NCBI GenBank assembly: GCA_030704615.1
Contig: CM060731.1
Location: 12,586,001 to 12,650,000 of the forward strand
Origin: Takakia lepidozioides
Taxonomy: Eukaryota > Plantae > Bryophyta
Direction: 5' to 3'
DNA length: 64,000 nt
Shown here: in pieces, positions 1 to 11,940 of the stretch
Layout: every line of letters begins with the position of its first letter
How positions within the stretch are numbered: the first letter of the stretch is position 1
Program-made: the position numbers and the translations under genes
The notes under the pieces: generated by a model
What the model was told of the DNA's origin: nothing
The model's database searches: none
Seen by the model: only the letters and a program-made list of their open reading frames with translations

Positions 1-27
1 GCTGGGGGCTACCTGCGCACACGAAAT

Positions 28-3000
28 ATGGCACGAAGCAAGGTATTTCTACAGTCTTAATTGACTTCTCTATCCTTCTGTTATTTAACATGTAAAACCG
101 AAATGCTGTGAGGGCCTCCACCTATGGGTGGTAGGAGAGATTATTGGAAGAACCACCAATTGTCCTTTGGATGTCGATTGTGTGTGAGATCAAGGACAAA
201 GTGGGTTGTTTGGGAAACAAAGGGATTGAGAGACAGTGTGGGAAGGCGACTTAGGTCTGTACATACTTACTTGGCAACCACGAGTTTGTGTTGTATCGTG
301 AATTGGGCATGTATCACAATGTCTACCGACACATAGCGCCTAAAGTAGAAACACTTGTGGTGATGTCTTTTAGTGCTGAATTGGGCCTCCCGTTGTAATG
401 TTCCAGGATTGTTTTGGTATTGTCCGCATCCTCTAAGCTTTACTTCTGGTTCTTGGGTTGGGGCGTTATCCTTGCTGAATCCATCAGTTACATCTACCGT
501 ACCTGTTAGAATACTTCTTGGGTTTTGAGCATTTGTGTCATCCATACATTCTAGCTGCTTCATGCAGAGACCAAACACCCGGCAGGTTGATGCACAGTTT
601 CATCCATTTGCCTGACCACATGTGTCAAATTTTTGGTCTCCATGTAGCTGCTCCTGATCAGAGCTTGTTTACTTGGTGGAGTGGCGTGTTGCAGGAGACA
701 CTAGTGTTGCTACTGGATGTGAGTGCCAGCATGCATCCCCATCTTCCTCTGGCAACAAAACTTTTGTCGACTGTCTTAGACCGAAAGGTATTGACAATTC
801 GTTGTTTCGCTCTTTCTATTGGCTTGAAGTTGTTCCATTCTGAAGCTTGTAATGTCAAGTGATCAGTAAGTTGCATTGATGTGAGAATGGGTGCCGGATG
901 CAGCTGATGCTAAGTAAAAGTGATGAGCTTGGTCTGGTTCTTTTTGGCGCAACTGGTATTCCCATTCCCTTCAACCTGCTGCAATAGTAAGAATGCACTG
1001 TATGACATCCATGAATGTTACCAGAATTGCTTTACTCGTGAAGCTGCTCCTCCATGTCTTATCAACAGGGATGCATTCACAGGACTTCACTAGTTCTTGA
1101 AAGTGGCTTTCATAGAGTCTTGTATGACCATGTCATGTGAGGAGCTTCACTAGAAGGTTGTTATCAGGAGCCCAGCCTCCAAAACTCTTTCCCCCCTGGC
1201 CATCATGAGCATAAAAGTTGAGCTTATTATTGATCTGTGCTGTGGAGACTTGTTTGGACATTCTCAGAGACGGAGAATGAATTGAATGAGGAGTTGGGGG
1301 GCTATGAGAGCATCGTGGTTTCTCGGCCTATTGCAGTTGTTGATGAAGACGTTTCACAGTCATTGGAGAACATTCCCCGAGGGACGGGTGCTAGTGACTG
1401 TATCCTTGTTTGGTAGACCAATTCGTTGCATTTGTTGTGGTTGTGAGATGTGTTGCCTGTGTTCTCTCAGGTCGATCGCTATGCTAAGACTCAAATATGT
1501 GCTATGGAATGGTGAAAGTTTGCTTATAAGCTCATCATTCCCAAGCCTAAGCCAAGAAGTGTTACAGCTCCCATGATAGAGTACATGTACATAATATCTC
1601 TAGAGAGGGAGTTTGGGACTGAAAGTGAGGAGTAAAAAGATGGAGAGAGTTAAAGGGAAGGAAAGAGGGAGCTAACAACTTATCCTCCACATTGAGTTTC
1701 TTAACCCCTAAGGGCCAGTTCTGGATGCCATCGTGGTTGGCATTGACATGATCATCAAGAAGCTTGGGCAAGGGAAGAAAGCCAACAAGCGCATCTGTCT
1801 TATCACAGATGCTGAGTCCCGGATCAGAGAACCCGAGGAGGGTACGGTAGAAGAGCAAGTTGACAATATTGCAGGGCAAATGGCTAAAGAAAGTATCAAA
1901 TTGGAGGCTATTGTTGTCCGAATCGGACACCAGACCCCCTCAAAATCAACGATACGGAAGGAGAACGAGGCTTTCTTGAGAAGATTTGAATCACAGGCCC
2001 AAGCAGAGATGTCGATTGTGCGGAGCGCAATACCAATGCTCGGAGCAATCAGGCCTCGCACAGTGGCGCCAACAACTTTGTACCGAGGTGATCTGGAGCT
2101 GACTCCAAGCATGAGTGTGAAGGTGGGCTTTGCATCCTGGCTTCCGTTGTGGAGTTTTTCTCGGTCTAACAATAGACAATGCTCGGCTTTGGTCTGGGGC
2201 TTACATGGTAGCATGTTTGTGTTCACGGATTTGATTTAGTTTCACCACTTGGAGATTCTAAATTGAGAGAGAATCCTAAATTTCACATTATGAGCAGAAG
2301 TAGACATCATGGTTTTTTCTAATAGTCAAAACACTGTTTTTGTCCACATGGCTGCACACTTTGTGTTGGATTGCTGAGTTGGTTTCCAGCCAAGTATGAC
2401 CAGTCTCCAATTGAGGTTGAGGGCTTGGAGGCAGTAGCATTGCAAGAGGCCCTTCAGCCAAGGTAATGAATGCCTTTTGAGCTGTAAATTCATACAGGTT
2501 TGGGTGTACAAGAAGACTGCCCAAGAAAAGTTTCCAACCCTGAAGAAATTCTCAGACAATGCACCCTCCACAGATCCTTACACAACACATGAAGTGAAAG
2601 TGGACATGGAATATAAGAGTTCAATCGACCCAGATGTGTCAATTCCGCCTGAGCAGCGCACTAAGGCGTACAAGTATGGGCATCAATATGTGCCCATATC
2701 TGGAATGATGGAGGAAGCTCACAAGTTCAAAACTGAGAAGGGCATTAAGCTCATTGGCTTCATGCATACCTCTAAAATTCCTCGGTATTTCACTCTCACC
2801 ATCCAGTCTTAGAATGATTCAGCATGTTCTAGTCCCTTGAACTCTCTTGTCCAAGGTTCGAGTAGTAGCTTGTATCGCTAACAGCGAAGAACTTGGATCA
2901 TTACCTCTACGCTCCTAGATCTTTTGGTTAGTATCTTGTACCGGCTGTTATTAATGATGGCTGGATTGGCATATTGTAGGCACTATTACTTGAAGGAGTC

Positions 3001-5767
3001 CAATGTGTTTGTTCCAGAGCCTGGCCACACAAAATCAATGAAAGCCGTCTCAGCCCTTGCTCGCGCATTGCAGGCCTCTGATCACTTAGCGCTGGTACGC
3101 TGTGTCTGGAGGCAAGCGCAAGTCAACGTTGTTTTGGGTGTTCTGACTCCCTATATTTCTACTCAAGATAATGTGGTGAGTCCTGCATGAATGTTCCAAA
3201 CTGTCGGTTTACTTCCACCCAGGACTACCTTACGAATAATGCTGGTGGCCTGTAGGGCAAGCATGAAGACAGTCAAATGAGATCAATTCCCAAAATTATG
3301 AGAACAAAATGTTCTGGTGGGTTCTGGATGTCCATCTTCATGGATGTTTAAGCATTACTCACCTCTTGCAAATGTCCAAATTGCAGTTGTACTGTTATAA
3401 CGCTTTCCCTGCAGGAACATCCACCTTGTGCCACTTTTTCCTTAAATAGACTGATTTACTTTCTTATTTATTTGCCTCAAAAAAGTGGAGACTTCACTAG
3501 TTGCAGAAAAATCAATTGTTTGTGCTGTTAGGCGGATGGATTCTACTTCAATGTGATTCCATTTGCGGATGACATGCGCGAGTTTCCGTTCAATTCCTTC
3601 AGCACATCTCCAGAAGCTGTGCAGCCATCAGAGGAACAGCAAGAAGCTGCAGACAATTTAGTAGGCATGCTGAACCTGGCTCCTGATGGAGGAGAGGAAA
3701 AACTCCAACCAGAGCTCACTATCAATCCTATTTTGCAGGTAGGTTCACCACAACAATATGACATCTTTTATACCAGTTATAATTCTTCCAATTCCCCTAC
3801 TGGAAACATGTCTGGGGAGGCTGTTGATCTCTCATAGTCCAACTTATTCTGGGGTATACTTTGTTCATACTGGCACCAGCTCGTGGTATCGTCAAATTAC
3901 CCCAACATTTGTATTAGTTGTCAATTTTCCTTTTCATGTTGAACTAACTTGAACCAACAAGGAGCTTATTTCAGATCTCTTGTTTTGTGGATTTGGATCT
4001 GCTTAGAAAGGTCTTGAAGTCTCATCACGAGTTATTGTCGACGCTGTGGTGCATTGGGTTAAGCTGGCAATGTACATCCAATTGTGTCTCTCTCTTTCTT
4101 GCAGGCTTTCTATCTTGTTCTTGTCTTGGTTGCCATTTTACTTGCAGGAGGCACAGCCCTGATAATGTGCAGAGTCTTTGATGTGATTGTCTACCGTCCC
4201 CATGGGTGCTCAGTCCCCCCTTGGACATTATATAGCTTCGATTTTTGGGCTGAATGTGGAGGGCCCTCTTGTTTCATTCTTTCTTGTCCCATTAGCTCTT
4301 TGAGCTTTCCGCAGACGTTATAAAGTATTATTTCATTGCATTTCTCTCCTGTATCATGCTTTCTTTTGTCCCATAAACTCTTTGAGCTTTCTACAGATGT
4401 TACCAAGTGTTTCTCTCTTTGATTCAGGTTAAAGGACTTCTCAGGTAAATTCTTTGGTTGGGATGGCTGACAGCGTTTCTACAGATTCCTGCATGCAAGA
4501 GCACTGAACCCACAGGCTGATATACCACCCCTGGACGAAGCTCTCTGTTCCATCGTGAAGCCAGATACCGAGATGTGGTCCAAAAACAGTTTTGTGCTCC
4601 AACAATATTGCAGACAGTTCACTTTGATCCCAAATGTCCAGGTTTGCATTTCACCTTTTCATACATTGTGCACCTTTGCTTCTCAGTGTAATGTCCACCT
4701 CCATTCTGTTTCTTGAGCTGAACTAGAGCCTTCAAAAAGTTGATTCTTTAATCTTGTATATGCTCATGCCTATTGCTCTTGTTTCTCCGCCCCCCTCTCT
4801 CTCTGAAGTAAAAAAAACCATGCTTTGCCGCGTTATTAGGCTGCCTTCGAGTAGGCGTCTGCAGTAAGGGTTGGTAACTCCAAACAGGCTAAGTCTCTAG
4901 AATCCATTCAGTGGGGGTGCTTAAGGAGTGCATGCCAGCATTATCCAAAACAGCCAACGTGGCTGTTCGGGGTGAGTTTGTCATCCCTTCCTTAAGCTCC
5001 CAACGAGATGAATTCAAGGTCAGATGGTGGTGTCAGCTGCAACATCCTGTCAAACAGGCCAAGTCCTGGCGGAAGAGAGTAGAAGAGATTCTCAAGCATC
5101 TGAATCTAAGCCTGCAAGTCTTGACCCTGCTGGATAAATCTGACTTAGCGGCTGTAGTGTCCAAGCCATGTCTGTTGCCAGGAAATTGTCTGATGAAAAT
5201 GAAGTTAGGCAGAAGACTTCCCTGAACTTGTTTCCAGTCATGACATGGGAGAGGCCATCATGGATGACCTCGAGGGTTTACCCACCCTCGGTACTAGACT
5301 GAAATTTAAACTCAGGGTGGGAAGCCTACCCTTGAACAGCAAACAGATGCAGAGAGGAAAGAGGATTGCAATTGCCCGTTGTGTGGGCAACCTGAAGACA
5401 ATATTCATTTTCTGATTCATTGTCCTGGGTACTCTCATGAGAGAGATGCCCTCTTCAAATCCATCAAGGGAATTGTGCCTGAACCTCTGTTTACCAACTT
5501 TGAAAGTCTCGAGGCTGAGCCAAAATCCCAGGCCCTTTTGGGGCCTAGTTATTGGGCAAACCACACACAGCAGATTGATGCTTGTGTGAAGGGATTTCTA
5601 GAGGATATCTGGAAAACTCAGATTAATTGTCTGTTCCAAGGTCAGTCATACTACCGGCATCTGCCCCTGACAAAGGTAGTTTCTATCCCATTGTGTTCCG
5701 CTCAAACTGAGCACGGGGTTAATGGCCACAAGGCTACGGCAAACAATGTCTTATGAGTACATTCTCG

Positions 5768-5805
<38 letters not shown>

Positions 5806-8307
5806 TTCACTGTTTTATTTCAAGGTAAGTCTTACTACCAACGGCAGCCCCTGACAGAGGTAGGTTCTGTCCCTTTGTGTTCCGCTCAAACTGGGCTCGG
5901 GGTCAATGGCCACAAGGCGGCGGCAAACAACGTCTTATGAGGACATTCTCTCTCACACATGAGATTTGGGGACCATAGATCACGAGGATCAGTGGCAGAC
6001 AATGGTTGGACCATTACAGATCTGTTTCCTGTGGAGAATGGTCTGTGTCCAGTGCACTGTATTAGTTTAGGTCATGTGGGTACAATTGACAATCTTCTCC
6101 TTCAACATGAGGCAACCTTCAGGGGTTGGGGCTAGAGATACAACACCGTCACAAATGTCATATGCAGAATTTGCATGTGTACTGCTTCAAACTGTGGCCA
6201 TCTTCCGGCTTACAATGTTTCTAGCAAGGTTGCGAGCCCTGCCACCCAAATAGCTATCAGCCCGGGCCTTGCAACCTCTATCAGATTTGCAAATTCTGGT
6301 CTCAAGACTTCCTGTTATCCAACTTCATTGAGCGCTTCGTTGCTTCCCTACTGCCACAAAATACAGAGGGTGTGGAAATTTTGTCCAAGCACGACCACAA
6401 CAGATGCATCAGACAGGAGCTGATACTTCATGTCAGCTGACCATGGAAACCACCCAATCTTACAACAAGACTGCGGGTTTATCCAGAGTCATTCTTGGTC
6501 CTCTGTAGAATCTTGCAGCCCAACTACCTGTCTGCAGCTCTATCTCCACCTCTTTTAAGGGGGTGGGCTCCTACAGTCTGGGGATGGAGACTGGTAGGTG
6601 GGAAAACCTGCAGCATGAGGACCACCTGTGCCTCGCTCACGCTGAGGATAACAGGGAAATCAAAAATGACATTTCTTTACTCGCTGTCCTTTCTGCATGA
6701 GGCGTTGACTCTTAGACAATCCGTCTAATTTGTACCATCAGTGAAGTGCAGACAGCATCATTTCTTCTCATGGCTTGTGTACTGTCTAATAACGATTGCA
6801 CTTTCCAAACCATGCCACATGCATCAAGTAAAAAAGAATGCTTATAAGATCTGGGGCAGATAATGGTGTCTCTTTAGAGGTTTCTTATCCCTGCAGAAAC
6901 AATTATGAGAACCCAAAGTGCTTAGCAGCTGACCTGCAAGAGGCAGTCTGCCTCCATACAAACTTAAGCTTTGAGTTGTTCTTTGGTTAAGTGGCCCTAC
7001 TGTTTTGCTGTTTGTGGTTGTATGTTCTGTTCTTGTATCCCTTTTGGGCTGCTTATGGGGGACCCCTCTTTTTCTTGTTTTTTGCTTGCTCTTATCCCAT
7101 AAGCTCTTTGAGCTTTCCACGGACGTCATAAAGTACCATGTCATTTCATTTCTCTCTCTTTCTGTGCACAAATATAATTTTTTCTCGCTCCCTTCGCGTT
7201 CACCCAAACCCCCCCTTTTGTCAGTCAAAACTGATAGTTCTAGAAACCCAGAGGGGCCACTCAACTCAAGACTGCATTATTTGGCAGAAGGGAAAAGTTG
7301 GACGACGCTTCTGGAGGGACAAAGGGGAAGGAGAAGACAAACAACGTGATGAGGGACAAGCAGCAGCCATGGACGTTGACACCGGTGAGGGTGAGGGGCA
7401 GATATCCTTTGATAGTCTTACAGGAAGGCAAGTTGAGGAAGTTGGCAGTGTGAATCCAGTGAAAGACTTTGAGGCACTCTTGGCACGACGTGATAGTGAT
7501 GACTGGATACCCAAAGCGGTGCAAGGCATGAAGAATATAATCCGTGATCTTTTGGATTCAGCTTATAATGGCAACACATATGAGAAAGCTCTTGCGTGCC
7601 TGTGTGCTCTCCGCGCAGGTTGTGTGGTCCATGAGGTATGGTTTCTCATTGGTCAACTCATCGTCTAGTTTGATTGTGAAAGGATACGAGTGCACGCTGG
7701 CTTCTATCGACAGCAATTGGCAAGCACAGTGACAAAATTATTTTGTAGTATGGCACAAATGGTTTAATCCACAGCCCCCAAATTAAACCAGTTGCTGTTT
7801 TGCAAACATTAACATGAAGACATTTTCGGCCATGTTCCTAGCAGGAACCTCAGGAATTGAACAATTTTCTGCGGGATTTGGCGAAGAAATGTCGAGGGAA
7901 GCGGCTGAATGACTTTTGGGAGCAGATTGTCGGAAAGGGAGTCACTCTTATTTCCAAGGAGGAGGCACCTGACAGGTATGGTGTTCCATCACCCACAATA
8001 ATGTGTCAAAATGCATTTGCCACCAGTTCTACGTGAAGTAGGGGGGAAAGAGGGAAGTATACTGATTGACACATTGCCCATCGACCATTGCCTGTCAGTG
8101 TTTTCCATGATGTAATCTTGACAGCATAGGCCCCCAGGATCTCAACCCTCTGTTTGTGACTTCTGTTCTGTTTGGCAAAACAGTGATGTCTTGCCAGAAG
8201 AAGCTGCAGCATTCCTGGCTGGTGGGAAAGAGGGAGGAGAAGGCCCTCAAGCAGCCCCTGAAGATGAGATTGACGAAATGGAAGCACTCCTTGGAGAGGC
8301 TATGTGA
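28..8307 (+). CDS. KU80: Ku80 (XRCC5) NHEJ DNA end-binding subunit, 12 exons, ~718 aa
   Basis: Hand-spliced GT-AG exons 28-42, 695-787, 904-955, 1268-1399, 1719-2122, 2498-2784, 2980-3175, 3532-3738, 4474-4641, 7288-7635, 7845-7975, 8184-8307 give 2157 nt in one frame. Peptides MARSKETLVLLLDVS, DFLDAIVVGIDM, VWVYKK, YKYGHQYVPIS, FYFNVIPFADDMREFPF and NPVKDFEALLARRD match plant Ku80 (vWA, core, C-terminal domains). Confidence 0.96.
1400..1718 (+). other. U12-type (minor spliceosome) GT-AG intron in Ku80
   Basis: 5' splice site GTATCCTT at 1400; branch-point-like TTTCTTAAC at 1697-1705, 13 nt before the AG at 1717-1718; no polypyrimidine tract; splicing restores the conserved DFLDA peptide. 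Confidence 0.88.
4243..4420 (+). repeat. Two tandem 3'-end copies of LINE family 2 (motif ccataagctctttgagctttc...tttctctc)
   Basis: Same ~100-bp motif recurs at ~7042-7195, 46464-46575 and 48287-48400, and more degenerately at ~50895-50940 and ~58540-58575. Confidence 0.75.
4940..5805 (+). mobile_element. 5'-truncated non-LTR retrotransposon (LINE family 1, RTEX-like) with (CT)n(CA)n tail, in Ku80 intron 9
   Basis: Degenerate ORF2 C-terminus with TRLKFKLRVGSLPL and zinc knuckle CPLCGQPEDNIHFLIHCPGY; stop codon in CTTATGA followed after ~7 nt by a (CT)n tail. 5' boundary approximate. Confidence 0.8.
5806..5957 (+). mobile_element. Second short 3'-end copy of LINE family 1, abutting the tail of the previous copy
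   Basis: Near-duplicate of ~5625-5775, ending ggccacaaggcggcggcaaacaacgtcttatgaggacattctctctc. Confidence 0.8.
5960..7200 (+). mobile_element. Degenerate non-LTR retrotransposon (LINE family 2, RTE/RTEX-like) remnant
   Basis: ~6567-6700 translates to GSYSLGMETGRWENL...HLC with frameshifted HFFTRCP, the ETGRW/zinc-knuckle C-terminus of RTE/RTEX-type ORF2; ends in the family-2 3' motif at 7042-7195. Confidence 0.6.
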
Positions 8308-10034
8308 ATGACATGGAGGCAATTGCACAATGTTGCAACAGTCATGGAAGGAAGCCTGTGCACAGTTCCAACTTTTGACGAGCCAGTACTTAATAGCAGA
8401 ATCAACTTTTTCACAAAGAAGTGCTTGGCTACCCTGGCAGCCTTTCTTTGTTTGATTGGAACTGGCAGGTCCAGGGATCAGGAAGGTCCAATTGCAGCAC
8501 GTGTACTGACGCATCGAGGGTGGAGGCACCATGGGTACCATACCAAAGCAACGAGTGCACCTTGAACAAAGTAAGACCATGTCAGACTTACAGATTGAGA
8601 CCGGGAGCACTTTAACATAACTGGCATTTTGCCCAGAGTGGCCCCTGTCTGCTTTCCTTGTGGGTAAAAAGCTATAGAGAATGTACAGGTTATGACAGAC
8701 CACTACAACACTGAGAGGACTGAAGCAATGACCAAAGGCAACCAAATTTCAACCAAAGTCGGGGCAAACTTTCCGAACCGAATTTCTAGTACTCAATTGT
8801 GAGAGACATTTTTGTTTGACGCCGATATGAATATGTACATTTTACTCGAGGATGTGACCAGATTCTGCATTTAGTGTTTGGAGTCTCTTCAAGAGCTGGA
8901 AATAAGCATCAACCAGGCTCTGGGAGGGTCCTAATCTCTCTGCACAGAGTTTGTCAAGTTTTGTCTATCTCAGCCTTGTCTCCATCCAGATGGATATAAA
9001 TCTCATGTTTTGCAGCACTGGAAAATAGACCTTCGTTTATGTACTGTTACATCTTAAGCAAACTCGCTTAAGTTAGCAGCCAAAAGATGTGGTCATTAAT
9101 GCGATTGTTACCAAGGTTTAATGTTTCAGCATGCTTTTCGTTTGTTTGTTTTGTTTTGTCTTTGGATGACAGGGAGCAGAGGCCCTGGAAAGAACTGGTC
9201 ATGCTGGTTATGAAAAACACCAAACTTATCTTGGGACATCCATGACCCAAATATAAATAAGCACCACAATCTCTAGCTTCAAGACTTTAGCAAGAGAAAG
9301 TGAGGATATCCAGCCACTAGTCCTTTCCAAATGATCTAGCAGCCTCATACTTTCATCAGTTGAGCTGTGAAGCATTGCCAATAAAGCTTTGAAGTTTACA
9401 ACTTCGTGTGGTGGAAAGTGTACTTGGATTTGAACTTGAAGAGATCCCATCCACTTACCTTTTTTTTAATTAATTTTCTTTTTGGGAAAAGGACTGAGCC
9501 CAATAGACTAGAGGGGTGGAAAAAATAACCACCTAGAGGCCATGGAGGCTTACTGTGGGGAGACTTCCCCCTAAGGGAGGGTTCAAAGGGAACCACAATG
9601 CCAAGGGAGACCAGGGAAGAAGGCCATAGGGATTCTATCCTGCGCAGATGGAGAGGATCCTACAAAGGCAGCTTAGAAAGGCAGCTTAGGATATCTAAGA
9701 TGCAATGAAGATGAACAAAGTGACCAGGGACAGTGTTCAGGGACACAGTCGACAGTCTGAATAGACCAAGCACAAAGGCTCCTAAAATCTGAGTTGTCTT
9801 CAGCTTAGAGTCTCTGGATCGACGATGCCTCCAATTTAGTCCCCTTCTCCATGGGGACCTGCCATTCCGTGGGGAAGAGTCCTGCCAGTGAAATGGAGTG
9901 TCGGTAGTCGAGAATGCCGCCTCCACCTAAGGAGGGTCGAAATCTTGGAGAAGTTGCCTTCTCCTCCGCTGAGAAGCCTGGGAAGAGCTGTAGACAAAGT
10001 GAACCACCCTTTCCTTCCCTCAGTCCTCAGCACA

Positions 10035-10270
10035 TCGGCTGGTAGCTCAGTTGGTAAGTGCACAGTGTGTCGCCCTGGTGGTTCAGGGTTCAAACCCGCT
10101 GCCCTGCCCCGTGTGTGGGACTGTTCGCGACGGTTGTCTGGGCGTTGGTCGTCCGGTAGGCCTCATGGCCCATAAATGAAAGGGGGTTAATTTTTCTCCC
10201 TCCTCAAGGGCCTGAATTGTGGGCTGCCGCTCCCAGGTTTCCTTTAAAAAAAGAAAAAAAAAGAAAAAAA
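10035..10270 (+). mobile_element. tRNA-derived SINE with A-rich tail
   Basis: A-box TAGCTCAGTTGG (10043-10054), B-box GGTTCAAACCC (10087-10097), unrelated body and A-rich tail at 10246-10270; its 3' end resembles the reverse complement of ~28480-28545. Confidence 0.72.
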
Positions 10271-10624
10271 TTAACACCAAAATATTATGCAATATCTTAT
10301 CAATTTTCTCTTTTACCATAGATTGTTTTTTTTTGTGTTTTGTACATATTGAAGAACATCATATATTCTTTAAAACCATTAAATTATATATTAATGGAAA
10401 TAACTATCCATACCCGGAAACTATTCATACCCTCAGGGTATATTTTGGCATGTATATCCATACCCGGGGGTTATATAGAAATCTGAAAAGTTAATTTACC
10501 CATACCCCGAGGGTAAATAAGTTTTTGAGATTTCAATTTATCCATACCCCGAGGGTAAATGATTTGACAAAAATAATTTACTTATACCAGGGTATATTGA
10601 AATCAATATACCCGCACAACACTG
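10271..10624. mobile_element. One end of a hAT-like non-autonomous DNA transposon with subterminal repeats
   Basis: Terminal CCGCACAACACTG (10612-10624) is identical to the TIR of the MITE at 60246-60355; ~6 subterminal (T)CCATACCC(C)G repeats; AT-rich; other end not found. Confidence 0.6.
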
Positions 10625-11940
10625 GTAGGTACCAATGGGACAGGGAATCCAGATTCCAGGTAATCTCTCGGAATGAGAGCTGTCAGTGAATCTTGCGGAA
10701 CTCTGCCCAGATATTTATAAAGCCCCGGACAGGTGTTTCAAATCCGAGACAACAGGTAAAAATCCTGGCGAAGTTTCCAGGACTGCCCTCCTGCTACACA
10801 GTCCGTAAGGGATCAAGGGGTCTAAAATCCTGGAGAGTTGTGGTCCTGGATTTTACCTCTTCCAAAATTTAAGTAGCAGACAACAGTCCACCACCCTCCT
10901 CAACTTCTTTTGTCGGTACACAATCCAGGAGCTTTCTCAGCAACTCAACCACTCCCTCTTCCCTCTTGTCCTGATTATTGGCATGATACTTATTCCAATT
11001 ACATTGGTGTTTCTCGACCCGACCAACTCCTGGACGGTGTCCTTTGATCCGGCGCAACTCCGGCCAAAGCTAAAGCCAAAGCCGGTTATGTAAACAAGAG
11101 CCACTTCACCTCATGGCTACTCTCCCTTGTGGGGGTGGACTGTAGACAGCCCTCCATTGCTTTAGAGGAGCTGGTTCCCAAGGTACCCAGACCCTTAGAA
11201 AAATGTGGGCACAGGCTTCTAGGGATCTAGGGAACCGGGTCAATGAAAGACTGACTTTTACCCACGTGTTCTGACTTGTGTTCATGTTCTGAAACGTGGG
11301 ACAAGGGAGGCTTGGGGCCCAAGGAACTTGATAGGGTAGCTGGGGCCCTATGGCATCCTTGTTTATGTTGCTGAAGCTCCGAGTGCATGGGGCCCACTGT
11401 GACAGCGCTGAGAAACTTCTAAGTTACTCTTGATCAGGCTGTGGTGATGCTAGATCGGTTTGATTTGCTTTTGTGGATCTCTATATTTCGCTTTGTTTAT
11501 GGGGTCTTTTGTAAAGCTGTACAGAGACAATGATAAGTACAAGGTGGGATGTTTGCCTAGACAGACTAAGGCATTGCCTGGAGTACCAGCAGCAGAGGTA
11601 AAAGGGAGCAAGGACGTCGGTTGTAGATGTTGCAATCTGATGTGGGTCCCGCACGGCTTCACCGGAGCCGGATCCAAACTGCATGTCAAGTGTCAGGGCA
11701 CAGAGGTGCCACCGACCTCCTTCTCATATTTGTACCTTCCTTCTCTTCAATCTCTCTCTCTTTCTCCATCTCTCTCGTTCTTCTATCTCTTCGGTTCTGG
11801 TTCCTAGGACTAGTTGGGTCTCCTCTGGGATTCGGAGGTCGTCTTCTTCTTTCGTCTCTCTGTCTCTGCTGCAGCTGGTTGTCTGATCCGACGTGTCTAA
11901 CACGAAGAACGGGGGCTCGTCCTTTCAAATTAGTATCCCC

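Noticed and set aside
9460-10030. Minus-strand ORFs after a T-rich run (possible L1 3' remnant), and similar ORFs at 10630-11450
   Set aside because: Plausibly TE-derived but no diagnostic motif recognised.
10035-10110. Functional tRNA gene
   Set aside because: A and B boxes are present but no convincing acceptor or anticodon stems, and it continues into a body with an A-rich tail; treated as a SINE.
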